The notes below the pieces were generated by a model, which did not search any database, was not told where the DNA came from, and saw nothing but the letters and a program-made list of their open reading frames with translations. A program made the position numbers and the translations under genes. A stretch of 30,631 nucleotides of DNA, taken from IMG/VR virus record IMGVR_UViG_3300014879_000004, positions 1 to 30,631 of that record; one strand, written 5' to 3'. Positions 7,834-15,869 of the stretch are shown here, piece by piece (position 1 is the first letter of the stretch; every line of letters begins with the position of its first letter). Source of the DNA: a virus. Its lineage: Duplodnaviria; Caudoviricetes.

Positions 7834-8263
7834 GCAGATCATGCGCTGGGGGCCCTGCACCCAGGCCCATGCCACCGCCCAGGCGGCCATCACGCCTGGC
7901 GACCTGATTGAAATCATCCCCACCGCCGGGGCCGACAACGGCAAAGTGCGTCCGCACAGCACGGCGGCGGCGCGGGCGGCGCCGCTCTTTGCCGACGGCA
8001 ACTGGCAATTCGGCAAAGGCCAGGACGATGCCTACGCCGCCGGGGAGACGGTGCCGACCCTGGCGCCCAGCGCGGGGGCGCGCATCTATGCCAGATGTGC
8101 CTCGGGCACGGCGATCACCGTCGGCACGGCGCTTGAATCGGCTGGGGCAGGCCTGCTCCGCGCCGCCACCACCGGCGTCCCCGTCGCGGAAGCGATGGAG
8201 GCGGAACTCGCCACGGGCGACCCGACGCCAGGCCGGATACTCGTGCGCATCGTGGCGCAATAG
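7823..8263 (+). CDS. Head decoration/cement protein
   Basis: AGGAGG RBS + GTG 7823; AITPGDLIE...G..LESAGAGLLR; between protease and MCP. Confidence 0.75.
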   Translation: MANEQIMRWGPCTQAHATAQAAITPGDLIEIIPTAGADNGKVRPHSTAAARAAPLFADGNWQFGKGQDDAYAAGETVPTLAPSAGARIYARCASGTAITVGTALESAGAGLLRAATTGVPVAEAMEAELATGDPTPGRILVRIVAQ

Positions 8264-8274
8264 AAAGGGCTCTG

Positions 8275-9276
8275 ATGACCGTTGCTCTCGAAACCCAGGC
8301 CCTGCGCGGCGGGCCACCGGCGTCGATTCTCTCGCCCGCGGGCATTGCCCACTTGCGCGTGCAGGCCGCCCGGCAGCGCCAGGCGCAGCTCTATACGCAT
8401 GCCACGCTGCTGCGCGAGCAGTGGCTCGAAATCGACAATCTCTGGCTGCGCGTGGCGGATCAGTACATGGGCGCCGTGCTCGATCTCACCAGCCGGGGAC
8501 TGACGCAGACGATTCCCTCGCTCGGCGTGGCCGCCTCCCAGTATGCGGCCATCGGGCGCATGGAACCCGCGCTGACCGACATGCGCGCCTCGGCCGCGGG
8601 CAACAACCAGCGCTTGACGGTGACGCCGCATCTCATTCCGCTCCCGTTCGCGTTTGAGGATTATGAATTCGACATCACCGAACTCGAAGCCGTGCAGCGT
8701 TTAGGAGGCACGCTCGATACGGCCTACGCGGAAGAAGCCATGCGCAGCGTCTCGGAGACGTTCGAGTCGTGGCTGGTGAACGGGGCGTCCGCCTTTCAGG
8801 TCGATGGCAACACGATCTATGGCTACCGCACGCATCCGAACCGCGTCATCGGTGCAGGCACCTCGTGGGCGACCGCCGACAATATCTATCCGACCGTGCT
8901 CAAGATGTACACGGATATGCTCACGCTGCGGCGTCCAGGCCCGTACGGGCTCTATATGAACGTGCTGCAATTTGGCCAGATGCACGCCGAAGAAGGCGTC
9001 GACCGGGCCTGGAACGTGTACCGGCGCATTGTCGAGTCGTTTCCGCAGATCGTCTCGATCAAACCATCGTTCGCCGTGCCTGCGGGCGAACTCCTGCTCG
9101 TCGAGCTGCAACGGCGCACCGTTGATGTGGCGGTGAAAATGGACCCGGCCAACGTGCCGTGGGAAATCATGGGCGGGCTGGCGCAGCACGTGCGCGTCAT
9201 CGGGTCCCTGGTGCCCCGCATCAAGGCGGATGGCGAGAACAAGGTGGGCCTTGTGCACTATACGGGCGTGGCCTAA
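8275..9276 (+). CDS. Major capsid protein (HK97 fold, Linocin-M18/encapsulin-like type)
   Basis: 333 aa; LLREQWLEID, IPLP, IYGYRTHPNR, GPYGLY motifs and position. Confidence 0.9.
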   Translation: MTVALETQALRGGPPASILSPAGIAHLRVQAARQRQAQLYTHATLLREQWLEIDNLWLRVADQYMGAVLDLTSRGLTQTIPSLGVAASQYAAIGRMEPALTDMRASAAGNNQRLTVTPHLIPLPFAFEDYEFDITELEAVQRLGGTLDTAYAEEAMRSVSETFESWLVNGASAFQVDGNTIYGYRTHPNRVIGAGTSWATADNIYPTVLKMYTDMLTLRRPGPYGLYMNVLQFGQMHAEEGVDRAWNVYRRIVESFPQIVSIKPSFAVPAGELLLVELQRRTVDVAVKMDPANVPWEIMGGLAQHVRVIGSLVPRIKADGENKVGLVHYTGVA

Positions 9277-9289
9277 AGAAAGGGTTGCT

Positions 9290-9502
9290 ATGGCTGAGAC
9301 CATTGGGCCGCATCGCTTGCTGTCTCCCATCTCGCGCGTCGAGCCCGACGCGGAAGGCAAGCCACAGACGAAGCAGTACCAGGCGGGCGACGTGATTACG
9401 CCCACGGAGGCCGAGCTGGCGGCGTTTGGCGACCGCCTGGAGCCGGCGCCCGACGCGGCCGCGCCGGCACCCGACGAACCGACGACGCGCTCGCGGCGCT
9501 AG
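9290..9502 (+). CDS. Small post-capsid protein
   Basis: AAAGGG RBS + ATG 9290; YQAGDVITPTEAE followed by Pro/Ala tail. Confidence 0.7.
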   Translation: MAETIGPHRLLSPISRVEPDAEGKPQTKQYQAGDVITPTEAELAAFGDRLEPAPDAAAPAPDEPTTRSRR

Positions 9503-9601
9503 GTCCTGCGGACGGCTGGATAGAGCGCGCCAGTTTGGCGCGAATGGTGGTTGCAGCAGGCATCTCGACCTCTGTGCGTTCGAAGGAGAGTGGAGCCAAA
9601 A

Positions 9602-9955
9602 ATGCCGCAACGGGTGAGCGACGCGGACGTGAAGGCCATTTTCCCGACGGCCATGAACACGCAGCCGTTTATCACCACGGCGAGCGTGTACGTGGACACG
9701 TACCTGGCCGGTACCGGCACGCCGGAAGGCGTGCTGCGGGAAATTGAGCTGTACCTGGCGGCGCACTTCGCCTGCTGTGCCGACCCGCGTGCGACGGACA
9801 TCGGCGACGGCGATACGCGCGTACGCCTGCAACGTGGGCAGGACGGCACGGGCTTGGCCTCGACGCAGTACGGGCAGGCGGCGCTGGCGCTCGACGGCAC
9901 CGGGACGCTGCGAGCGCTGGGCACGCGCAAGCGGACGGTGATCACGCTCTATTGA
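9602..9955 (+). CDS. Head-tail adaptor
   Basis: IELYLAAHF and STQYGQ motifs; GGAG RBS; position. Confidence 0.75.
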   Translation: MPQRVSDADVKAIFPTAMNTQPFITTASVYVDTYLAGTGTPEGVLREIELYLAAHFACCADPRATDIGDGDTRVRLQRGQDGTGLASTQYGQAALALDGTGTLRALGTRKRTVITLY

Positions 9956-9965
9956 GGAGTGCGAG

Positions 9966-10310
9966 ATGTTGTCACAAGCCGTGATGGACCAGCTCGGTCG
10001 CCACGCGGTGCAGATGTACGGCGCGCTCATGGAGCCGCTCACGTATCGCCACCGCAGCGCGCCGAACGCCACACCGGTCGTGTATCCGAACGTGTGTGCG
10101 CGGCTCAAGCACTTTCGGGCAGGCGAGATCGACCTGGAGCAGATCCTGCGCAACGATCTGGAATGCCGCCTCCAGACGTGTCTCGTGACCTGGACGCCGA
10201 CGCGCTATGACGACTTCGACCGGGAGGATGGCACGACCTGGCAGGTGCTGAACATCGCCTTGGGGAAGGGGCATCCGTGGTACAAGCTGCAAGTGAGGCA
10301 GGTAGGGTAG
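9966..10310 (+). CDS. Head closure/head-tail joining protein
   Basis: 114 aa beta-rich, follows adaptor, GAGGAG RBS. Confidence 0.6.
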   Translation: MLSQAVMDQLGRHAVQMYGALMEPLTYRHRSAPNATPVVYPNVCARLKHFRAGEIDLEQILRNDLECRLQTCLVTWTPTRYDDFDREDGTTWQVLNIALGKGHPWYKLQVRQVG

Positions 10311-10314
10311 TGCT

Positions 10315-10533
10315 ATGTGGGATGATCGCAACTTTGGCCGTGATGATGGTATCCGCTGCGAGTGTGGCGGCAAAACCTACCTCGTCGATGATCAGGGGCA
10401 TGGACTGATCAGCTATCAGTGTGAGCGGTGTGAGGAGCCTGTACAGATCCAATACGACTGGGATGACGAGAGCGACGAGGACGAGGCGTGTTGGGAGATG
10501 CCTGACGACGATTGGAGACCCGCTCATGGCTGA
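10315..10533 (+). CDS. Zinc-ribbon protein with acidic tail
   Basis: CECGG...CERC then YDWDDESDEDEACWEMPDDDW; overlaps next start. Confidence 0.65.
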   Translation: MWDDRNFGRDDGIRCECGGKTYLVDDQGHGLISYQCERCEEPVQIQYDWDDESDEDEACWEMPDDDWRPAHG

Positions 10534-10729
10534 CAATCGTCCTCCGTTCCCGAATGTCCAGACAGACATCACGGATCTCCAGCGCCGCATGGACGAGCAG
10601 GCGAAACATTTCCATACCGTGCGGCAAGCCTTCCAGGCCAGGATCGAGACGCTCGAAGCCGAGCTGAAAGCGCTGAAGGCCCTCGTCGAGCGCCAGGCGC
10701 GTCACGAGACAGGAGCCCCACGTGGCTGA
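10526..10729 (+). CDS. Small coiled-coil protein
   Basis: GGAG RBS + ATG 10526; RIETLEAELKALKALVE heptads. Confidence 0.7.
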   Translation: MADNRPPFPNVQTDITDLQRRMDEQAKHFHTVRQAFQARIETLEAELKALKALVERQARHETGAPRG

Positions 10730-11228
10730 ACCCTTCATCACGTACAAGCTGACCGTGCCGCCGATTCCCTTGCTCAACCCCGAGCAGAGCCGGGCCATTC
10801 TCTTTCGTGAGGCCAGCGCCGCCGTGCAGACGATCGTGGAGGATATCGCGAAAGAGGCGCGCAGCCGCACCCCCGTGGGCGTCAGCGGCCTGCTGCGGGC
10901 CTCGATTTACACCGATGTGACGACGGGCACGTCGCTCAGCGCCGCCATCCGGGGGACCGTGTTCACCGGAGCCCAGGTGCCCTACGCGCGGTACGTCGAA
11001 GAAGGCACGGCGCCGCACTGGGCGCCCATCGGGCCGCTGCTCCTGTGGGCGCGGCGGGTGCTGGGCGACGAACGGGCGGCCTACCGCGTGCAGCGGGCGA
11101 TCGCCCGGCGGGGCACACGGGGGCGGCATATGTTTCGCGATGCCATGACCGCCGTGAGACCGCAGATGCAGGGGATACTCCAGCAGGCGATGGCGCGGGC
11201 GGCCAGGATGCTCCAGGGAGGGCGTTAG
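10722..11228 (+). CDS. HK97 gp10-like tail completion protein
   Basis: TPVGVSGLLRASI, YARYVEEGT, IARRGT motifs. Confidence 0.85.
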   Translation: MAEPFITYKLTVPPIPLLNPEQSRAILFREASAAVQTIVEDIAKEARSRTPVGVSGLLRASIYTDVTTGTSLSAAIRGTVFTGAQVPYARYVEEGTAPHWAPIGPLLLWARRVLGDERAAYRVQRAIARRGTRGRHMFRDAMTAVRPQMQGILQQAMARAARMLQGGR

Positions 11229-11464
11229 GGGCTGGTGCGCCGGAGCAGTTCAGCGGTCTGCGCGACGATGGCCTGTGACGTCGCCTGCATGGCGGCGAGG
11301 GCGGTCCGGGTTTCGTCATGGCGCCTGTCGAGACGGACAGAAAGTCGCCACCAGACGAAACAGAGGCCGCTGAGATAGACGAGCGCGGCGCCGACCGTCC
11401 AGGTATAGGTAATTTGCTGGTTCTGGGCAATCGTGTTGAGCGAGGCGAGTAGTTGCGGGTCCAT
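11225..11464 (-). CDS. Small single-TM membrane protein (antisense moron), paralog of 1097..1318
   Basis: AGAGGAG RBS; TM segment then WWRLSVRLDRRHDETRTALAAMQATSQAIVAQTAELLRR. Confidence 0.8.
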   Translation of the reverse strand: MDPQLLASLNTIAQNQQITYTWTVGAALVYLSGLCFVWWRLSVRLDRRHDETRTALAAMQATSQAIVAQTAELLRRTSP

Positions 11465-11491
11465 ACGACATCTCCTCTATGATGTGTGGCG

Positions 11492-11550
11492 GACCAGGCG
11501 TCAGAGTAGAGGCTCCGACCTTGCGAGGGTTAGCTAGACCCTACCCGGCC
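11492..11550 (-). ncRNA. Candidate structured leader RNA (three-way junction, c4/CI-like architecture)
   Basis: GGCCGGGU/GCCUGGUC closing stem; AGGGU-CUAGCUA-ACCCU; GUCGGAG-CCUCUA-CUCUGAC; the G-U pairs form only on the minus strand. Confidence 0.6.
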
Positions 11551-11557
11551 AGGAGCC

Positions 11558-11587
11558 AATGTAGCACGATGCTACAGAGAAAGTATA
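11558..11587 (-). promoter_or_regulatory. Extended -10 TGcTACATT overlapped by palindrome TGTAGCA-CGA-TGCTACA; second -10-like TATACT
   Basis: Perfect 7-bp IR 11560-11576; predicted start about 11551 coincides with the RNA 5' end. Confidence 0.55.
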
Positions 11588-11622
11588 CCTCGTATATTGT
11601 GACCTATGCTAGGAATGTCGCT

Positions 11623-11871
11623 ATGCATCTACGCTGCTTTGTGGGTCTGGCATCCGTGCTCGATATCCTCGCCGAACCGCAGGATCTGCCACGCGTAGGG
11701 GAATCGTGCATCCTGCCCGTGCCGGACGGACCGCAGCGCTTTCGCGTCGAAGGCCTCCTGCGCACGTACAGCTTTGCCCGTGCGCTCGCAGGGATCGATA
11801 GGCTCGATCTCGAGACCGTGCATCTCATGCTGGTGCCGGAAGCAGGTGGAGAGCCGCATGCCGCTCAGTGA
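11623..11871 (+). CDS. Hypothetical protein (82 aa)
   Basis: AGGA RBS + ATG 11623; LPRVGESCIL..FRVEG beta pattern; overlaps next start. Confidence 0.6.
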   Translation: MHLRCFVGLASVLDILAEPQDLPRVGESCILPVPDGPQRFRVEGLLRTYSFARALAGIDRLDLETVHLMLVPEAGGEPHAAQ

Positions 11872-12784
11872 CATTCTGACCGCCCTCCTGACGCCGCTTC
11901 AGGCCATCTCCGACATCGGCCACGTCTACCCCTACGACCGCATTGCCCTTGACCCGACGGCCCTGAACGGCACCGTGGGGCCGCTCAGCACGCTGCGCTT
12001 CTGGTGCCTATCGCGGGCGGCGACGCAGGAAGTCTGGCGCGGCAATGCCAGCGTCGAGCGTCTGCACCGGCTGCGGCTGCGAGGGTATCTGGCGCTGGAC
12101 GACCCGCAGGCCTCAGAACGCATGTATCAGGACCTGCTTGATGAGGTCCTCACCACGCTGAGTGACGTCATCACCGTGCCAGGGAGTGCGGAGTACCTCA
12201 CGGCGCCGCTTCTGGAGCGTCAGGAAGCCCGCATGCTGGCCGAGACGGTGCCCGTGCACTTCAGCGAGACGTTCGTGGTGGCGTCTGAGTATCTCAGTGT
12301 CACGCCTGTGGACGTGCCAGGTGGGACCATTGAGGACTACCGCGACCTGGCAGATTGGCTCACGGCGCAGCTCCTGACCATCCCCGCCATCGGCACCGTG
12401 CACCCCTATGAGCGGCTGACGGTGGAGCCGGATCTCGCGCCGGCGGTGTTCGGCAACCCACAGGCCATCCGGGCCTGGACGCTGACGCGGGAAAGCGTGC
12501 AGAACGACCGCAACCCTGGCCTGGAACACCGCGGGCAAGAGCGGCTGGTGCTGCGGGGCTATCTTAGCGTGGATGACAGCCAGGCGAGTGAGCTGGTGAT
12601 GCAGGACCTGCTTGAACAGATCGCTGCGCTGCTGCGGCCGTCGCATACGGTGGGGACGTTTGACCGGGTGGGGCCGCTGCAGATCGAACAGGTGGCACAC
12701 AGCATGGTCGGGCAGACGCACCTGTGTCATGTCGCGCAATGCGCGCTGCCGGTGGAGGCGTGGGCGCTGGCGTTGAGCGCATAA
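11858..12784 (+). CDS. Tail terminator-like protein made of two tandem homologous domains
   Basis: IGHVYPYDR..W.L.R..LRLRGYLALDDPQASE..QDLL repeated as IGTVHPYER..W.L.R..LVLRGYLSVDDSQASE..QDLL; lies just before the tube gene. Confidence 0.75.
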   Translation: MPLSDILTALLTPLQAISDIGHVYPYDRIALDPTALNGTVGPLSTLRFWCLSRAATQEVWRGNASVERLHRLRLRGYLALDDPQASERMYQDLLDEVLTTLSDVITVPGSAEYLTAPLLERQEARMLAETVPVHFSETFVVASEYLSVTPVDVPGGTIEDYRDLADWLTAQLLTIPAIGTVHPYERLTVEPDLAPAVFGNPQAIRAWTLTRESVQNDRNPGLEHRGQERLVLRGYLSVDDSQASELVMQDLLEQIAALLRPSHTVGTFDRVGPLQIEQVAHSMVGQTHLCHVAQCALPVEAWALALSA

Positions 12785-12802
12785 TCACAAGGAGATTCAC
12801 CT

Positions 12803-13987
12803 ATGGCCGTACCGCCGAGCATCACCTCTATCGGTTACTTAACCCGTATCGGCGTGGGCGAGCAGGCGGCCATCGGCACGCCTATCCTCACCACGCAAGT
12901 GCTCCCGAGCGTCAGCGAGTCGCTCAACGACGTCTATGCCGAAATCCCTGACGAGTCGTTGCAGGGCAGCCCCATCGTCGATACTCCTGAGCAAGGAAAC
13001 TTCAGTGCGACTGGTGACATGCTTGTCCCGATGCGCTATCTCAACGAGTTCGTGTTGCTGAAGCATTTCTTTGGGCAGTTTGCCACGGGGCGCTACGATC
13101 TCCTGCCATCGATTCAAGGCAAAGCCCTGACCGTCAGCATCGACAAGCAAGTGCAAGGCGTCTGGGACTATACCGATACGAAAGCGACCCAGATCGTCTG
13201 GACGAGTAACGCGGATGGCGTCAATCTCCAAACGTCCATGATTCCTGGCGCGCTGACGCTGAACTCGACGCTCAACACGCATGCCCACCTGGTCGGGCTG
13301 CTGCAAGATGCCAAGCGCGTGCTGCATCACCATCTGCGCTTGCTGGTCGGCACGCAGGATCACGCGCTGACGCATCCCGCCGACGATCTCTGCCTCAGTG
13401 AATTGACCCTTACTCTTAGTAGACCTATGGCAATAGACTACACGAACTGCGCCCAGACGCCCATGGAGCCGATTGAGAACGCCTTCTTGTCCTTTCGTCT
13501 GGCAATGACGTTCCCACGATTCCGCACGGAAGAGGAGCAAATCATCACCTGGCGCAAGAACTATACGCGCTTGCAGGCGAGCCTGGTCTATACACATCCG
13601 GTCACGGGCGACACCAAGACGATCATCATTCCGAACCTGGTCTTTGTGACAGCGACCGCGCCAACGGCGGGCCCTGGCCCGCGCGTGCTCACGACCGAAG
13701 CGGCGATCTCGCAGGGCAAGGACGTGACCACGAGCGCGCAAATCGCCATCACCGCTACGGGGAATGCGCTCGCGATCACCGGGGGCACGTTCCCCTTTGT
13801 GGCGGCCGGGGCGCAAGTCACGATCAGCGGCGCGGCCACCCCGGCCAATAATGGCACCTTCACGGCCGCCGCCTGGACGCCGCTGACGCTGACGCTGGCG
13901 ACGCCGCCGGCGCTGACCGATGAGGCGGCGGGGGCGTCGATCACGGTGAGCGTCAGTAATCCACCGATTTACATGTTAGAGACGTGA
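12803..13987 (+). CDS. Major tail tube protein with C-terminal accessory beta domain
   Basis: AAGGAG RBS; tube-like SESL..ES..G...GD and LSELTLTL segments; GAQVTISGA..NNGTFT insert. Confidence 0.75.
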   Translation: MAVPPSITSIGYLTRIGVGEQAAIGTPILTTQVLPSVSESLNDVYAEIPDESLQGSPIVDTPEQGNFSATGDMLVPMRYLNEFVLLKHFFGQFATGRYDLLPSIQGKALTVSIDKQVQGVWDYTDTKATQIVWTSNADGVNLQTSMIPGALTLNSTLNTHAHLVGLLQDAKRVLHHHLRLLVGTQDHALTHPADDLCLSELTLTLSRPMAIDYTNCAQTPMEPIENAFLSFRLAMTFPRFRTEEEQIITWRKNYTRLQASLVYTHPVTGDTKTIIIPNLVFVTATAPTAGPGPRVLTTEAAISQGKDVTTSAQIAITATGNALAITGGTFPFVAAGAQVTISGAATPANNGTFTAAAWTPLTLTLATPPALTDEAAGASITVSVSNPPIYMLET

Positions 13988-13990
13988 CGC

Positions 13991-15109
13991 ATGGCTGCAC
14001 CAGTCTCCAGTGGCACGGCGACCATTGCCGGCTTTGCCGTCGAGTCCGCCACCGACGGCTCGCAGTGGCCGGCGATCGCCGCCGCCCAGGTCACCGAGCG
14101 CTGGCCCATTGTCAGCGCCGATTTCGACCCTGGCATGAGCCAGGCGCCGGTGGTCACGCGTGCACAGACCCTGGGACCGACCGGCGTAGACGTGGTGAGC
14201 CAGGCCCCGAGCGTGCGGGTGGCGTTCAGGTGGCGGTACCAGGGACTCGATTCATTGCTCGCGTGTGCCCTCGGCTACATGCCGGCGGCGCTGCCGACGC
14301 CGCTCGGCACTACTGCGTACCGGCATCTGTACGAGGTGAGTGCGGACCTCGAGGCAACACCATGGCCCACGGCCGATGCCCAGCCGCCAACGACCCGACT
14401 GGTGCGAAGGGGAACGTTCGCAGCGTGGCGCCAGGTGTCCACATGGGAGGTGCTGTCCTGCATGGTGCAGTCCCTGGCGCTGGTCAGTGACGGCGAGCGG
14501 GTCACCGGTGCGGTCACGCTGGTCGGCGCCGGCCTGTCGCAGGTCTCGACCGTCAACACTGCTGCCGCCCTCCAGGCCCTCCCGGGCTGCGGCTGGCCGC
14601 TGCTGGGCGTGCGGCACGGGCGGTTGCGGCTGGGTCTCGCGAGCCCCACCACGCCGCTGTCGAGTGCCAACGACGTGTGCTACAGCACGTGCGCGGTGCG
14701 GCTGGACAACCAGCTTGCGGCGTCTTACGGCCCGCGGACTGGGCTGGCGCCGGAGCAGTACGGCCGGACCACACCGCCAGCCCTCACGTTGACGTTCGAC
14801 ACGCCGCGGTATCTGTCCGATGCCTGGCTGCAGACATGGCAGGCGCAGACGACCCTCATGGGCGAGCTGCGCTTCCTGGGGCCGCAGGTAGGCGGCAGTG
14901 GGCAGGCGTATCAGCTCACCTGGTACCTCCCGGCGCTGCGCCTGACGGACGTGCGGCCCTCGCCGGTGCAGGTGGGGCTCCCCAGCGTGCGGCACGTGCT
15001 CCAGGCGGAGGTGCCGGCGCAGCCGGCGGCCGGCATGCCGGCGACGGCGCAGCCGGGGCCGGTGGGGGTCGAGGTCGTCTCTGGCGCGCGCCATCATCCA
15101 CTCCTTTAG
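13991..15109 (+). CDS. Second tail-tube-like protein
   Basis: Same layout as the previous gene (GFAVES; LRLG..TTPLSSANDVC vs LRLLVG..HALTHPADDLC; TFDTPRY vs TFPRF; LPALRL vs IPNLVF). Confidence 0.65.
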   Translation: MAAPVSSGTATIAGFAVESATDGSQWPAIAAAQVTERWPIVSADFDPGMSQAPVVTRAQTLGPTGVDVVSQAPSVRVAFRWRYQGLDSLLACALGYMPAALPTPLGTTAYRHLYEVSADLEATPWPTADAQPPTTRLVRRGTFAAWRQVSTWEVLSCMVQSLALVSDGERVTGAVTLVGAGLSQVSTVNTAAALQALPGCGWPLLGVRHGRLRLGLASPTTPLSSANDVCYSTCAVRLDNQLAASYGPRTGLAPEQYGRTTPPALTLTFDTPRYLSDAWLQTWQAQTTLMGELRFLGPQVGGSGQAYQLTWYLPALRLTDVRPSPVQVGLPSVRHVLQAEVPAQPAAGMPATAQPGPVGVEVVSGARHHPLL

Positions 15110-15117
15110 GAGATTCT

Positions 15118-15579
15118 ATGGCAGAAGACAGTTCCAATGGGCAAGCGGCACTCTCGCCTCCGGGGAAGCGGCCTGTCTTTCTCATCACCGACAAGGAACG
15201 ACTGAGCTTTCTGGTGGATGATGCGCGGTTCTATTATCGACGCTTACCGCCATCAAAGCGGCACGAATTGCTGACCGTGCATGCAAGCCGGGGTGTCTTT
15301 GATCTGCAGGGCGTCGCAGGACTCCAGCTCGCCATCGCCACGTACTGTATTCGTGGCTGGGAAAACGTCCTGGATGCCACCATGCAACCCGTACCATTTC
15401 TGGAAGAGGTCATTCCGTATCTGCCCTGGGCAGTGATTCAGCGCATCGATGAGCTGGCGATGCAGGGATCCCCTGAGGAGCTGTTGGAGAGGTACACGGC
15501 TTTTTTGACAGCCGCTTCGCCCTCCTCTCTCCCACAACCGGCATGCCCATCACCTGCTGGACCTGTCGGGCACAACTAG
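15118..15579 (+). CDS. Tail assembly chaperone (gpG-like)
   Basis: AGGAG RBS + ATG 15118; CIRGWENVLD motif; slippery site near 3' end. Confidence 0.8.
   Translation: MAEDSSNGQAALSPPGKRPVFLITDKERLSFLVDDARFYYRRLPPSKRHELLTVHASRGVFDLQGVAGLQLAIATYCIRGWENVLDATMQPVPFLEEVIPYLPWAVIQRIDELAMQGSPEELLERYTAFLTAASPSSLPQPACPSPAGPVGHN
15501..15507 (+). other. -1 programmed frameshift heptamer T TTT TTG
   Basis: X XXY YYZ in the gpG frame; the -1 frame is open FFDSRFALLSPTTG-MPITCW through to 15857. Confidence 0.85.
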
Positions 15580-15857
15580 GCGAGGAAGGCGAGGCGATTC
15601 CCTGCGACACCGGCGGCCTGGCGGCGTGCTACTTCTGGCGCACGCATGGGTACTCACCTGGCACGCCGGTACATGCAGATGACCTGCAGGCGTGGGAGAT
15701 CTACTGGCAGGTGCAAAGAGTCGGCTGGGAGACAGTACGGACATTGCGCCAGCTCGACCAGCTTGACGCCTACGACGCGGACTGGCTGTTAGTACGGCTC
15801 GTGACGTTGCAGGATTACGTGCAGGCGCAGCAACGTGAGGCGCAAGAACAGCGCTAG
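15501..15857 (+). CDS. gpT-like portion of G-T frameshift fusion
   Basis: Reached by -1 shift; no clear SD before ATG 15543; ends before TMP. Confidence 0.75.
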   Translation, partial: FFDSRFALLSPTTGMPITCWTCRAQLGEEGEAIPCDTGGLAACYFWRTHGYSPGTPVHADDLQAWEIYWQVQRVGWETVRTLRQLDQLDAYDADWLLVRLVTLQDYVQAQQREAQEQR

Positions 15858-15869
15858 GAGGGAGCACTT

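Noticed and set aside
11492-11550. tRNA or tRNA fragment
   Set aside because: Only two internal hairpins; no TTC T-loop, D-loop GG or CCA end
14677-15117. Upstream extensions of track ORFs (also 545, 1754, 7751, 11479, 11774, 25001, 26215, 28447, 29491)
   Set aside because: They overlap other genes or control regions and are low-complexity; better RBS-linked starts lie downstream
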